DNA from: Polyangiaceae bacterium
Lineage (GTDB): Bacteria > Myxococcota_A > Polyangia > Polyangiales > Polyangiaceae
Direction: 5' to 3'
Length of the DNA stretch: 64,000 nucleotides
Assembly (NCBI GenBank): GCA_050287085.1
Contig: JBNKBE010000002.1
Span: 160,001-224,000, forward strand
A program made the position numbers and the translations under genes. The notes beneath the pieces are model-generated. The model was not told where the DNA came from. It made no database searches and saw only the letters and a program-made list of their open reading frames with translations. Of the stretch, positions 36,099-46,299 are shown piece after piece; positions within the stretch are counted from its first letter, which is position 1; each line of letters begins with the position of its first letter.

Positions 36099-37318
36099 GA
36101 CGGTACGAGGGTAGGGTGCCCGTTCTGCTCTGCCAGCTGCTGCACCAGCCAACTCATGATGGCCTGAGCGACGTCAGTTTTCGGGCGCCGTGAGATCGGG
36201 GTTATGCCACTGGTGGTGATGAGCTGCACTCGATTCTCGTCCTTGCCAAGGGCGTCCTCGGCGTGGTTGGCGACCACCAGGTCGACGCGCTTGGCTGCCA
36301 ACTTCTTCTGCGCGTAGGCTGCCACCTCGGAGTCGGTTCCGGTCTCGACAGCAAACGCGACGAGTACGGGGCGAGGCCCAGTTCTCTGAGCACCGAGTTC
36401 GGCGATGAGGTCCGGATTGGGCACCAGCTCCAAGTGCGTGGGGCCCGAACGTTTCAGCTTTCTCTCGCTGATGGACGCGGCTCGGTAGTCTCCCACCGCG
36501 GCGGCCATGATGACCGCGTCCGCGCCAGGGGTTAGGGCCGCAAGCGCCGCCCGCAATTCGAGCGCCGACCGGAAGTCGGTGCGCGTCACTCCGGGAGGGG
36601 TCGGAAGCGCCACGGGCCCAGCCAAGAGCGTGACCTCGGCGCCCAGGTGCGCAGCGGCACCGGCGATGGCAAAGCCCATCTTGCCTGACGAGCGATTGCT
36701 GAGAAAGCGGACTGGATCAAGGTCCTCTACAGTGGGGCCGGCTGTGACCACCACCTGCCGCCCCGCGAGCGGACCCTCCACGCGGCCTTCGTCGGCGAGA
36801 GAGGCGATGAGCGTTGCGAGCGTCTCAGGTTCTGTCAGGCGGCCGACTCCATGTTCACCCGAGGCTACCTCACCGGCTTCGGGGCCGATCAGGTGCACTC
36901 CGTCAGCGGCGAGTTGGGCGGCGTTGCGCTGCGTCGCTTTGGCGGTCCACATGCTTGGATGCATGGCGGGGGCTACGACGAGCGGGCCTCGAAAACACAG
37001 CGCGGTGGCGCTAAGAGCGTCCTGCGCCAGACCTTGGGCAAGCCGCGCGAGCGTTGCCGCTGTGCATGGGGCGACCACCATGATGCGGGCCTCCCGCGCC
37101 AGCGCGACGTGGGCTTCGCCGGGCTCACCAAAGAGAGACCGCAAAACGCGACGTCCCGTCAGGGCGCTGAAGGTCTCTTCCCCGACGAAGCGCGTGGCCG
37201 CCTCCGTCATCAGGACCTGGACGGCGAAGCCACGTCGGAGGAGCAGACGCGTGAGGAGGACGGACTTGTAGGCCGCGACGCTTCCACTCACACCTAGCAG
37301 ACACAAGGGGGCTGACAT
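36095..37318 (-). CDS. coaBC: Bifunctional PPC decarboxylase/synthetase CoaBC
   Basis: GVSGSVAAYK, PAMHPSM, TAGPTVEDLDPVRFLSNRSSGKMG, AAVGDY, FAVET. Confidence 0.97.
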   Translation of the reverse strand: MSAPLCLLGVSGSVAAYKSVLLTRLLLRRGFAVQVLMTEAATRFVGEETFSALTGRRVLRSLFGEPGEAHVALAREARIMVVAPCTAATLARLAQGLAQDALSATALCFRGPLVVAPAMHPSMWTAKATQRNAAQLAADGVHLIGPEAGEVASGEHGVGRLTEPETLATLIASLADEGRVEGPLAGRQVVVTAGPTVEDLDPVRFLSNRSSGKMGFAIAGAAAHLGAEVTLLAGPVALPTPPGVTRTDFRSALELRAALAALTPGADAVIMAAAVGDYRAASISERKLKRSGPTHLELVPNPDLIAELGAQRTGPRPVLVAFAVETGTDSEVAAYAQKKLAAKRVDLVVANHAEDALGKDENRVQLITTSGITPISRRPKTDVAQAIMSWLVQQLAEQNGHPTLVPS

Positions 37319-37612
37319 GGCGGTGGCCTATATCAGTTCGGGAGCCGGGTGCCCACCGCTTGCGCCCCGTGCTCGCGCGCCCAAAGCAGGGCGCGTCGGC
37401 CCCGTGAGGTGTGTGGGTGTGTGAGCCTGTGGGGTGTGCTGGGCAAATTCCCGCATCTACGCAGACCGGAATCGCGTTTCGTGATAGAGTCACGCTCTCC
37501 GGAAACAAAGAAAACGCTACTGATCTGGCGCAACGCCACCTAGGTAGCTATCACTCTGGGAGCGGATCTTCCGAGTGGTTTTGGATTTCCGCAGTCGCTG
37601 GCCGCGAGCGCT

Positions 37613-39094
37613 ATGACGGACGGGAAGACGGAAAACGAGGTGACACCACGCGTAGTTGGACGCTACGCGCTCTTCGACGAAATCGCATCGGGGGGCATGG
37701 CAACCGTTCATATCGGGCGCCTCGTGGGCCAGGTTGGGTTCTCGCGCACCGTTGCTGTCAAGCGCCTGCACCCGCAATACGCCAAGGACGAAGAGTTCGT
37801 CTCGATGTTTGTAGATGAGGCGCGGCTTGCATCCCGCATCCAGCATCCGAACGTCGTTTCCACTTTGGACGTCGTCAAGACTCAGGACGAGCTCTTTCTT
37901 GTGATGGAGTACGTTCAGGGCGAGGCGCTCAGTCGGCTTGTTCGTTTGGCAGCGCGGCGTGGTGAACGTCTGCCTCCCGAGATTGTCGTCAGCGTGATGA
38001 GCGGCATGTTGCATGGCTTGCACGCCGCGCACGAGGCGAAGAGCGAGACGCGTGAGCCTCTCAACATCGTCCATCGCGACATCTCTCCGCAGAACGTACT
38101 GGTGGGCGTGGATGGCGTTGCGCGTGTTCTTGATTTCGGGGTCGCCAAGGCGGCCTTGCGCTCCGGGGCTACGCGCGACGGCCAGATGAAGGGCAAGCTC
38201 AGCTACATGTCGCCCGAGCAGCTCAATGGCCGCGAGGTCGATCGGCGCGGTGACGTGTTTGCGGCGGGTGTCGTGCTGTGGGAGGCGCTCGCGGGCAAGC
38301 GGCTATTTGCCGGGGCCGATGCCGGGGAGATCCTTGCCAAAGTCTTGGCGGCGGATATCACTCCGCCTCACGTCCTTGTGCCGGCCATCCCGCGGGCTGT
38401 CAGCGACGCGGTAATGCGAGCTCTTCAGCGCGAACCCGAAGCGCGTTTTCAGACCGCTCGCGATTTCGCGGTGGCACTCGAGCAATCGGGGGCGATTGCG
38501 ACCACTCATGCGGTGGGCGAATGGGTACGAGAAAACGGGGGCGACGAGCTCGCCAAACGCGCCAACATCGTAGCTCAGGTGGAGAGCCATCCGATGGACC
38601 GCCTCGCCGAGTTGCAAGCTCGGCGGGAGCTGGAAGATGAGACGAGCGATAGGACGAGCGGGGTATTGCCGCCCGTTCATGGTGAGATCGAAGGCGGCGG
38701 TCGTCCGCGTTTCATCGTCACCGCGACGATGATCGCGATGGGCGCCGGATTGGGGCTCTTTCTCGGATTCGACCTATTCAACGGGGGAGCCGGGCCCTCG
38801 TCCACCGTGGCCCAAGGCGTGGGTGCTTATCCCGGTCAGCTACCGAGCGTCGAGCTTCCGCAACCCCCACCTTCCGCGGTCCCCGACGCTGGGAAACATT
38901 CTGTGCAGGGGGCGGAAACGGCGTCGCGCGAAGCACTGGGGGCCAACGATGGGCCAGAAGGCGCCGCTGGCCGCGCGAACGAGCCTCCTCCTCAGCGTCC
39001 GCCGCGACCTCGCTATCGCCCCTCGCGTCCCGACTGTCGCGTCCCGTGGAAATTCGTGAACGGCATCAAGAAGCCGAAACCTGAGTGTTTGTGA
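37613..39094 (+). CDS. Hanks-type Ser/Thr kinase with TM and Cys-pair C-terminal motif
   Basis: IASGGMATV, VAVK, HRDISPQN, DFG, GKLSYMSPE; TM; ends PDCRVPWKFVNGIKKPKPECL. Confidence 0.95.
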   Translation: MTDGKTENEVTPRVVGRYALFDEIASGGMATVHIGRLVGQVGFSRTVAVKRLHPQYAKDEEFVSMFVDEARLASRIQHPNVVSTLDVVKTQDELFLVMEYVQGEALSRLVRLAARRGERLPPEIVVSVMSGMLHGLHAAHEAKSETREPLNIVHRDISPQNVLVGVDGVARVLDFGVAKAALRSGATRDGQMKGKLSYMSPEQLNGREVDRRGDVFAAGVVLWEALAGKRLFAGADAGEILAKVLAADITPPHVLVPAIPRAVSDAVMRALQREPEARFQTARDFAVALEQSGAIATTHAVGEWVRENGGDELAKRANIVAQVESHPMDRLAELQARRELEDETSDRTSGVLPPVHGEIEGGGRPRFIVTATMIAMGAGLGLFLGFDLFNGGAGPSSTVAQGVGAYPGQLPSVELPQPPPSAVPDAGKHSVQGAETASREALGANDGPEGAAGRANEPPPQRPPRPRYRPSRPDCRVPWKFVNGIKKPKPECL

Positions 39095-39272
39095 TCTGAC
39101 GGAGTTTGGTCAACGCTCTTGGTTGACTGGACTCTGCTCGCGGCGCGGGTCGCGACACTCGGCAGTCCCGTGGGCGATTCTGCGGCCGATTCGCCCACTT
39201 TCAGACTGTCCCACGAGCAAATGCTGATACGCTTCAGCGGATCCTGGGCGCTTGCGCCAAGGGGCCCCGCTC

Positions 39273-40364
39273 ATGCCGAATCAGAAAAAACCCGGTTGCG
39301 ACGTATCATCCCATCCCAGAGACGTTCATCACCCTAGCCCTGTATCGGCGCGCGGGTATTGCGGGCATCTCACGCGTGGCGGATTGCCCCGGACAGGCGG
39401 CGCGCGCCTTCGCTGGCTCGCGGCTTTGGCTCTAGGCATGGCCTCTGTGCCGGTCTCCTCCCCGGCCTCGGCTCAAGATGATGCCAGCATCCAGGCGTGC
39501 GCGACCGCCTACGAGCAAGCTCAGGTGACACGCAACAATGGCCAATTGGTCGAAGCCCAATCACACCTGATGGTCTGCGTCCAGGACAGCTGCCCGACCT
39601 TTGTCAAGAGCGACTGTGGGCGTTGGCTTACTGAGCTGAAGCGCGAGATCCCGTCCGTCATCTTCTCCGCGCAGGACTACCGCGGTGAGGATGTCACCGA
39701 CGCACAGTTGACGATTGACGGCGTACCGGTTGCGGAGGGCTTGTCGGGTATTCCGATCGAGCTCAATCCGGGGCGCCATACCGTTGTTCTGGTCTTAGGT
39801 GATCAAAGTCATGAGCGCGCCCTCGTCGTGCGCCAGTCGGAGAAGAATCGAGTCTTTACCGTTGAGCTGCCGGCACCCGATGTCGATCAGGACGGTATCC
39901 CGGACCCCCAAGATGCTTGTCCGACCGAGGCCGGAGTGCGTGCCTATCGCGGTTGCGCGGCAGCGCCCGTGGCCGCACCGAGCGTTGTTGCTGTGCCCCA
40001 ACCCGCGGCGGACGGTGGCCGCCTGCGCACGGGCGCGTACATCGCTTGGGGGCTAGGGGCAGCGGGCTTCGCCACGTTTGCGGTTTTCGGCTTGATTGGC
40101 CGCTCGCGTACCGAATCGGGGATCGATGAGTGCAAAGCCGACTTGGACGCCTGTCAGACCAACGGAGATGCGGCGCGGCTATTTAATGAAGTGGACCGCA
40201 GTAACATGATTGCCAATATCGGTGTTGGCGTGGGCGCAGCGGGGGCGCTGCTCGGAGGTGTCATGTTCTATCTTGGCTATCGAGCCGACCATGATAGTGC
40301 AGTGACTGTTGACGTTCAGCCGTCAACGGCTGGTGGCACGCTGTCTTTGCGGGGCCGCTTCTAA
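39273..40364 (+). CDS. Exported Cys-rich/PEGA-like protein, probable kinase partner
   Basis: Signal peptide ending ASAQ; CATAYEQAQ...CVQDSCPTFVKSDC; IELNPGRHTV; DVDQDGIPDPQDACP; Gly-rich hydrophobic helices; ends LSLRGRF; start uncertain. Confidence 0.75.
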   Translation: MPNQKKPGCDVSSHPRDVHHPSPVSARGYCGHLTRGGLPRTGGARLRWLAALALGMASVPVSSPASAQDDASIQACATAYEQAQVTRNNGQLVEAQSHLMVCVQDSCPTFVKSDCGRWLTELKREIPSVIFSAQDYRGEDVTDAQLTIDGVPVAEGLSGIPIELNPGRHTVVLVLGDQSHERALVVRQSEKNRVFTVELPAPDVDQDGIPDPQDACPTEAGVRAYRGCAAAPVAAPSVVAVPQPAADGGRLRTGAYIAWGLGAAGFATFAVFGLIGRSRTESGIDECKADLDACQTNGDAARLFNEVDRSNMIANIGVGVGAAGALLGGVMFYLGYRADHDSAVTVDVQPSTAGGTLSLRGRF

Positions 40365-40507
40365 GGCATCGACGGCTTGCTCTAAGGGCCCGCTGAAAGG
40401 AAGTCACTCGCGCTCCGGTCGAGAGCGCCGCGGAGTGAGGGCTCGGCCAGTGCAACCGGACTTTCCCGTTCCCGGACCCTTGGCATTGGGCATGTGTATC
40501 CTCTGCG

Positions 40508-42709
40508 TCAGCCCTGGAAGCCGAGCCACTGGCCGCCCTGGTAGACGAGCAAGCTCGCGCTGTAGGCCAGAGTCGTCATGTAGCCCAATTGGAACATGGG
40601 CCAACGCCATGAGCGGGTTTCTCGTTTCACCACCGCGAGGGTGGAAACGCATTGGCAGGCGAGGGCAAAGAACACCAGAAGCGATGCACCCACCAAGGGC
40701 GGGTAGGCGGGGTTTCCATCCGGACGCCGCTCGCTTGCGAGCCTCTCGCGCAGCGGCGCGGAGTCTTCGTCCGCTTCTTCCAGACCGTAGACCAAGCCCA
40801 GCGTCGAGACGAAGACTTCGCGTGCCGAGAACGCTCCGATGATGCCCACGGTGAGTTTCCAGTCGAATCCGAGCGGTCGCATGATGGGCTCGAGCGCTTT
40901 TCCAACACGACCACCGTAGCTGGTCTCGATCGCTGTTGGCGGCTTCGGCGCGACTTGCTGCGCCACGGCATCGGGCATGGCCGGGGTCGCCGGAGCTTCG
41001 ACCGTCGGGCTTGCCACCCGTGGAAAGCTGAGCAGAAACCACAACACAATCGTCCAGGCGAGGATGACGGTGCCGGCTTCGGTGAGGAACTCCTTGGCGC
41101 GCAGCCAGGTCATGCGCGCCGTCACGCTGAGTTTGGGAGAGCGATAGCGGGGCAACTCGAGCAGCAGCGGCATGTGTCGACCCCGCACGACGGTGCGGCC
41201 CAAGAGGCTGGCGGCAAGCAGCGTGGTTGCCGTGGAAAACAGGTACAACCCGATCATCAGAAGCCCTTGGATCGGGAGCCAGCCGTCGCTCTCGGAAGGG
41301 GGAAAGAGTGCCCCGATGATCAACGAGTACACGGGCAGACGCGCGGAGCACGACATCAGCGGAACGACCAGCATTGTGAGCAGCCGGTCTCGCTGCCGCT
41401 CCATGGTTCTCGTGGCCATGATGGCGGGTACGGCGCAGGCAAGCCCGGAGAGCATCGGTACGAATGCCTTGCCCTGCAAGCCCACCGAGCGCAGCACGCG
41501 ATCGACGAGGTAGGCGACGCGCGCCATATAGCCGCTATCCTCGAGCAGACCGATGAAGAGGAATAGCAGCATGATCTGGGGCAGAAATACCACCAGGTTA
41601 CCTACACCGCCCAGCACGCCTTCGATGAAAAGGGAACTAAGCAATGAGTCGGGAAGCTCAGCTCGGGCCAGAGTTTGTGCCGCACCCACCACATCTTCTA
41701 TCAATCCAACGAGCGGATCAGCCCAGCTGAACAGCGACTGGAACATCACCAACATGGTGCCTAAGAACGCAAGGGTTCCCCACACTGGATGTAGCAGGAC
41801 GGCGTCAAGTCGTTCGGTCCAAGGCGGTGGCGTTGGGCGCAAACTCTCGGAAGGGCGGATTCGTGTCAGACCGCTCTCGATGAAGTCGTAGCGGGCCTGG
41901 ACAATTGCGAGGTCGAGGTCGACGCCGGCCTGGCCCGCGTCCGCGAGTGCCTCGACACAAGCCTCTCTGAGTGTCTCGGGAACATGGAGCTCGTCGTCCT
42001 CTCCCAGGCTAAGCAACGCCCAGAGTGCCAGGGCTCTGTCGTGTTCGACGCTTCGGCGCCACGCGACGGGAAGTGAGACGGCCACGCGATCCATCGCCTC
42101 CCGTTCGGGACGCCCATAGTTCACCGGTGCGTCTCCCACTCGCACCTCGGCCAGAGCGTCCTCGATCGCCTGCTGCAGCTCTGCAACTCCCTCCCCACTT
42201 CGACCGTTCGAAGCGACGCAGGGAAGACCAAAGAGCCTTCCCACGTGCTCCGGATCTGGCGGGTCGGGCACTTCGTCCATCATCGTCAGGACCAACAAGG
42301 CCGGAACCTGAAACTCCACCAGCTGCAGTGTTAGGTACAGATTTCGGGCCAGTTGCCCGGCGTCGATCGCAACGATCGCCAGACTTGGGCGCGGGTTTCC
42401 GCTTAACCCCAAGACGGCTTGTAGGGCGACTTGCTCTTCGGGAGAGCGAGCGCATAGGGAGTAGGTTCCGGGGACGTCGACCAACTCGACGCAATCCCCA
42501 CAGGGCAGCTTCAAGCGAGTCGAGCGGCGCTCCACCGTGATTCCGGGGTAGTTGCCGACCTGAGCGTTTTGTCCCGTCAGCGCGTTGAATAGGGTCGTCT
42601 TGCCGACGTTGGGGTTGCCGACCAATACGACCGTTCTGGCCGCTACGGCGTCTCCGGTTAGGGATTCGACTAGCGAGCGTCGATCAGCGGGAAGTAACGC
42701 TTGTGTCAC
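40508..42709 (-). CDS. feoB: Ferrous iron transporter FeoB
   Basis: GNPNVGKT, GNYPGITVE, DVPGTYSL, LEDSGYMAR, MSCSARLPVY. Confidence 0.97.
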   Translation of the reverse strand: MTQALLPADRRSLVESLTGDAVAARTVVLVGNPNVGKTTLFNALTGQNAQVGNYPGITVERRSTRLKLPCGDCVELVDVPGTYSLCARSPEEQVALQAVLGLSGNPRPSLAIVAIDAGQLARNLYLTLQLVEFQVPALLVLTMMDEVPDPPDPEHVGRLFGLPCVASNGRSGEGVAELQQAIEDALAEVRVGDAPVNYGRPEREAMDRVAVSLPVAWRRSVEHDRALALWALLSLGEDDELHVPETLREACVEALADAGQAGVDLDLAIVQARYDFIESGLTRIRPSESLRPTPPPWTERLDAVLLHPVWGTLAFLGTMLVMFQSLFSWADPLVGLIEDVVGAAQTLARAELPDSLLSSLFIEGVLGGVGNLVVFLPQIMLLFLFIGLLEDSGYMARVAYLVDRVLRSVGLQGKAFVPMLSGLACAVPAIMATRTMERQRDRLLTMLVVPLMSCSARLPVYSLIIGALFPPSESDGWLPIQGLLMIGLYLFSTATTLLAASLLGRTVVRGRHMPLLLELPRYRSPKLSVTARMTWLRAKEFLTEAGTVILAWTIVLWFLLSFPRVASPTVEAPATPAMPDAVAQQVAPKPPTAIETSYGGRVGKALEPIMRPLGFDWKLTVGIIGAFSAREVFVSTLGLVYGLEEADEDSAPLRERLASERRPDGNPAYPPLVGASLLVFFALACQCVSTLAVVKRETRSWRWPMFQLGYMTTLAYSASLLVYQGGQWLGFQG

Positions 42710-42948
42710 GGAGTGTCCTGGGCCGCGAGCGCGCGCACGACGATTCCTTGAGCCTGACCTCGTCGGATCGAGAGGTTTGTATCGCGTGCTTCAATTTCCA
42801 GCGGGTCACCCATGGGTGCAATGCGCAGCACCCGCACACGGGTTCCCGGCAGCAACCCCAATTCCAGCAGACGTCGTCGGAAGGACCGCTCGCCACCGAC
42901 GCTTTCGATCAGCCATGCACTTCCAACACCTACGCGGTCCAACGTCAT
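42706..42948 (-). CDS. feoA: FeoA
   Basis: RRLLELGLLPG, APMGDPL, LSIRR; GTGA overlap with feoB. Confidence 0.95.
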   Translation of the reverse strand: MTLDRVGVGSAWLIESVGGERSFRRRLLELGLLPGTRVRVLRIAPMGDPLEIEARDTNLSIRRGQAQGIVVRALAAQDTP

Positions 42949-42966
42949 GCGACTTGCTCTAGCTCA

Positions 42967-42983
42967 ATGAAAACCAAATTCAA
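42967..42983. promoter_or_regulatory. Probable Fur box ATGAAAACCAAATTCAA
   Basis: AT-rich imperfect palindrome 18 nt upstream of feoA; 3 mismatches to the deltaproteobacterial-type consensus WTGAAAATNATTTTCAW (recalled). Confidence 0.65.
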
Positions 42984-43072
42984 ATTGACGCGCCGGTCGT
43001 CTCTAAAAATGCCAGATTCCTCTGCAAAATGGCTTGCTTCTCAACCTTGGAGCACAAGAATGCAGCGCTCGC

Positions 43073-43156
43073 GGCCCCTTGGCGGAATTGGCAGACGCAG
43101 CGGATTTAAAATCCGCCGACCGCAAGGTTGTCCCGGTTCGAACCCGGGAGGGGCTA
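43073..43156 (+). tRNA. tRNA-Leu(UAA)
   Basis: Acceptor GGCCCCT/AGGGGCT-A; D arm GGCGGAATTGGCAGACGC; anticodon arm GCGGA-TTTAAAA-TCCGC; long variable arm; GGTTCGAAC T-loop; CCA not encoded. Confidence 0.95.
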
Positions 43157-43433
43157 CTTGCGGTAATGATTGAAGTTTTCGGTGTGGTATGGGACGCCAT
43201 CCGGCACCACGACCTCCCTTCCGGGCCTCCGGAGCTGGAGGCGAGCCCGCATCCCTTGCACCTGTTGAGCCGCGTGTTGCTCTGGAGGAGCGTCGGGCCG
43301 GTCAGGTTGTTTTCGTTGGCAAGTGTACCCACCGGCCGGCGGTGGGCACTACGGTGCTACCCCCTCCCGGCACGGTGAGGCACCAGGGCCATTGGTGCAA
43401 GGGTGCGCCTGGCTCAACTCAAAGGACAGCACG

Positions 43434-44081
43434 ATGTACGGTGGAATAACGCAAGGCCTGTTTCCGGTTACCCGTGTGGTTCGTCTCCCGGACTTGCTCA
43501 GCTACGAGGTGGAGCTTTCTGCCCCAATGGTTGAGGGGCTTGGCGTTGGGGCGAGTGTTGCCGTAAACGGGGTGTGCCAAACGGTCACAGCGATAGCGGG
43601 TGAACGTGTCAGCTTTGACGCCATTGTTGAGACCTTGCGCCTGACCAATCTGGGCGAGTTGGTCGTGGGCTCCAGGGTTAGTGTTGAGCGCTCGTTGCGC
43701 TTCGGTCAGGAGATCGGGGGCCACGAGCTCGCTGGCCATATTGTGGGAACCGGCACGGTTTGCGAAAGGCAGCACGCGGGTAACGACGTTTCGCTCTGGG
43801 TGTCGGTGCCGGCGGCGTGGGCGAAGTACATTTTGCCAAAGGGGTTCATCGCAGTCGAGGGCTCGAGCTTGACCGTGGGTCGTGTCAGCCGCGATGCGGG
43901 GCATGAGGCGATGATTCGTTTCTCGTTGCACTTGATCCCCGAGACGCTGCGCCTCACGCGTCTGGGAGACCTTGCGATCGGGTCCAAGGTGAACATCGAA
44001 CTCGATGCCCGTACGGTGGCGATCGTGGAAACAGTCGAGCGGGTACTAGCGCAGCGAGAGGCGGCGCTCGAACATGGTTAA
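43434..44081 (+). CDS. ribC: Riboflavin synthase (alpha chain)
   Basis: GASVAVNGVC, ETLRLTNLG, VSVERS...EIGGH..GH, KGFI, HLIPETL, VNIE. Confidence 0.92.
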   Translation: MYGGITQGLFPVTRVVRLPDLLSYEVELSAPMVEGLGVGASVAVNGVCQTVTAIAGERVSFDAIVETLRLTNLGELVVGSRVSVERSLRFGQEIGGHELAGHIVGTGTVCERQHAGNDVSLWVSVPAAWAKYILPKGFIAVEGSSLTVGRVSRDAGHEAMIRFSLHLIPETLRLTRLGDLAIGSKVNIELDARTVAIVETVERVLAQREAALEHG

Positions 44082-44131
44082 GACTCCTCTGGCTTTGCAA
44101 CGACGTGGTTGCATAGGGATGAAGCAATCGT

Positions 44132-45319
44132 ATGGTTGAAACGACTAACTGGCAGGAGTCGAATCGTTTGCGGCTCATTGGGTCCTTTGGCTCAAATAAG
44201 GTCATGGCGGGCGAGCTCTCTCGACTGGTTCGGCGCGCAACCGACGACTGTCGCCTGCCCGAGCCAGCCAAACACGGCACGAGTTCGATCAGCTATCCCT
44301 TCATTCCGCAAGTTGCGGCGGTTGCGATGCGCTACCACCGAACCTGCGCACGCTTGCTCTGGGAGCTCGTGCGTTTGCGAGCGGGGCGACTGGAGCGCCT
44401 CTACGAGGCTCTTTCGGCCTGGGCTGAGCAGACCGATGCCGCTTTGCCGGAACAAGCAGGGATCAGCGTGACGGTGCAGCGGGTAGAGGACTTCCCGGCG
44501 GGTGAACGCCAAATCGTCGGCACCGTCAAGAACGCTCTCATCGACGGGATGAAACGGCGCGGGCGTGAGTGGCACCTGGCGCCGGAGCATCCCGACCTCT
44601 TGTTTGACGTACGCTACTGGGAAGAGGACGTGATCGTCAGCGTCGACCTGGCGGGGCGTGCCATGCATCAGCGCGGTTATCGCCACAGGAGTGGCGAGGC
44701 TCCGATCCGCGAAGACCTCGCTGCGATGCTCGTCATGTTGGCCAGGTTTGATGCGCGTTCGGAAGCGTTGATCGATCCGATGGCAGGGTCCGGGACCATC
44801 GGCATTGAAGCGGCCGCGATGGGGTCGGCACGTACCCTATGGTGTTCGGGGCGTGGACCCTTGGGCGCCAATCTGCCGCAGCTCGCGCCCCTGCTGGCGA
44901 ATCGAGCTGAGCCGCTCTTTGCCGATACCCGGGCGCATGTATGGCTTCGCGACAACAACGAGGACATGTTAGCGCTGCAGGAGCGGAACGCCGATACGGC
45001 GGGCGTACTGAATCTTTGTGAACTGACCCTGGGACCCTTCCAGCAGTGGAATGCAACTCAACTCAAAGACCAGGTGGCCGCGGCTGGACTGAAGCGAGCC
45101 CTCATCTTGTCCAATCCGCCTTACGGAGTGCGTTTGGGAACCGACGAGCGTACACTTTATCGGGAACTGGGAAGCTGGTGTCGTCTGTTCCCCGGCTGGC
45201 GCGCAGCATTCATCGCCGTTGAGCCCGAGTTCGAGGCGCTCTTCGGGCAGCGGGCGCGGGTGAAGAAGCCGCTGCGCAACGGTCCGCTTCGCGCGACGTT
45301 CTACTGCTTCGATCTGTAG
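44132..45319 (+). CDS. THUMP-domain RNA methyltransferase (RlmL-like)
   Basis: MHQRGYR, APIREDLAA, DPMAGSGT, SNPPYG. Confidence 0.85.
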   Translation: MVETTNWQESNRLRLIGSFGSNKVMAGELSRLVRRATDDCRLPEPAKHGTSSISYPFIPQVAAVAMRYHRTCARLLWELVRLRAGRLERLYEALSAWAEQTDAALPEQAGISVTVQRVEDFPAGERQIVGTVKNALIDGMKRRGREWHLAPEHPDLLFDVRYWEEDVIVSVDLAGRAMHQRGYRHRSGEAPIREDLAAMLVMLARFDARSEALIDPMAGSGTIGIEAAAMGSARTLWCSGRGPLGANLPQLAPLLANRAEPLFADTRAHVWLRDNNEDMLALQERNADTAGVLNLCELTLGPFQQWNATQLKDQVAAAGLKRALILSNPPYGVRLGTDERTLYRELGSWCRLFPGWRAAFIAVEPEFEALFGQRARVKKPLRNGPLRATFYCFDL

Positions 45320-45443
45320 CGAGAGCGCGCGCCGCATGAGCAAGCAGTCAAGCTCCAGTGAGCGGCTTGGAGCGAGGTCGTTGTCGCAGCACCGCGCCCG
45401 CCCGTGGAAGGCGCGCGTTGGAACTCGCCGTCAGGGGCGCGCT

Positions 45444-46247
45444 CTAGACGAAAGCGGGTACGGAAAAACGTTGCCCGTCGTCCAAACGCAGAGCCGTCAG
45501 CTGTTCACCCCAGGAGCACCCAGTGTCCAGCGCCTCGATGTTGGGCATCGGACAGCGGCCTTGGAGAGCTGCCCAATGACCGAAAAGGATACGACCACAT
45601 TGGACACGCAGGGGGTGCTCGAACCAGGGCTTCATCCCTGGGGGGCGCTGGTCGGGCGGACCTTTGTGCTTGAACTCCAGAGTGCCATCTTCTCGGCAGA
45701 ATCGCATCCGAGTGAAGACGTTGGTGATGGCGCGATTCTGCGCTTTCGAATCGTCACCCTCGCTGTAGCGCTTGGGTGAATTGCCGAATAGCTCGCGCAA
45801 GGAGTGCGCGGGGTCGAGGGCGCGAAGCGCTGCCTGTAGCTGATTGGCTCGGGAGAGCGTCTGTTCGAGAGTCCATCGCGGGTCGACGCCGGCATGCACC
45901 AGCAGGCAGTCGTGTTCGTAGATGGCGAGCGGCTGGTGACGCGCCCAATCCTGCAATTCCGCGGCGTCGTCCGCTCTTAGCAATGGCGCGAGCGTATCCT
46001 TATTCTTGGCCGCGCGGACCCCGTAGGCCACGGCTAGCCAGTGCAAGTCGTGGTTGCCGAGTACCATGCGGAAGCGCTTTCCGAGCGAGCGCAGGTAGCG
46101 CACGGTCTCAAGCGACTGTGGTCCGCGGTTGACGATGTCACCCGCGCTCCACAATTCATCTCGACTTGGGTCGAAGGCGATCTGCTTCAGCAGCCGCTGC
46201 AGCGGTTCGAAGCAGCCCTGAATGTCGCCGACTGCATAGGTCGCCAT
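45444..46247 (-). CDS. apaH: Symmetrical Ap4A hydrolase
   Basis: GDIQGC, GDIVNRGP, VLGNHD, VHAG, TRMRF, FGHWAAL, LDTGC. Confidence 0.95.
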   Translation of the reverse strand: MATYAVGDIQGCFEPLQRLLKQIAFDPSRDELWSAGDIVNRGPQSLETVRYLRSLGKRFRMVLGNHDLHWLAVAYGVRAAKNKDTLAPLLRADDAAELQDWARHQPLAIYEHDCLLVHAGVDPRWTLEQTLSRANQLQAALRALDPAHSLRELFGNSPKRYSEGDDSKAQNRAITNVFTRMRFCREDGTLEFKHKGPPDQRPPGMKPWFEHPLRVQCGRILFGHWAALQGRCPMPNIEALDTGCSWGEQLTALRLDDGQRFSVPAFV

Positions 46248-46299
46248 GGCTGTCTATAGAGAAGGCTTCGGGAGCGAGGTGTCGCACGTGCGAGGCTTC

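Noticed and set aside
43157..43433. FMN riboswitch, or an integrated element after the tRNA
   Set aside because: Only a CCCACCG/CGGTGGG hairpin; RFN conserved blocks absent; no integrase or duplicated tRNA 3' end seen.
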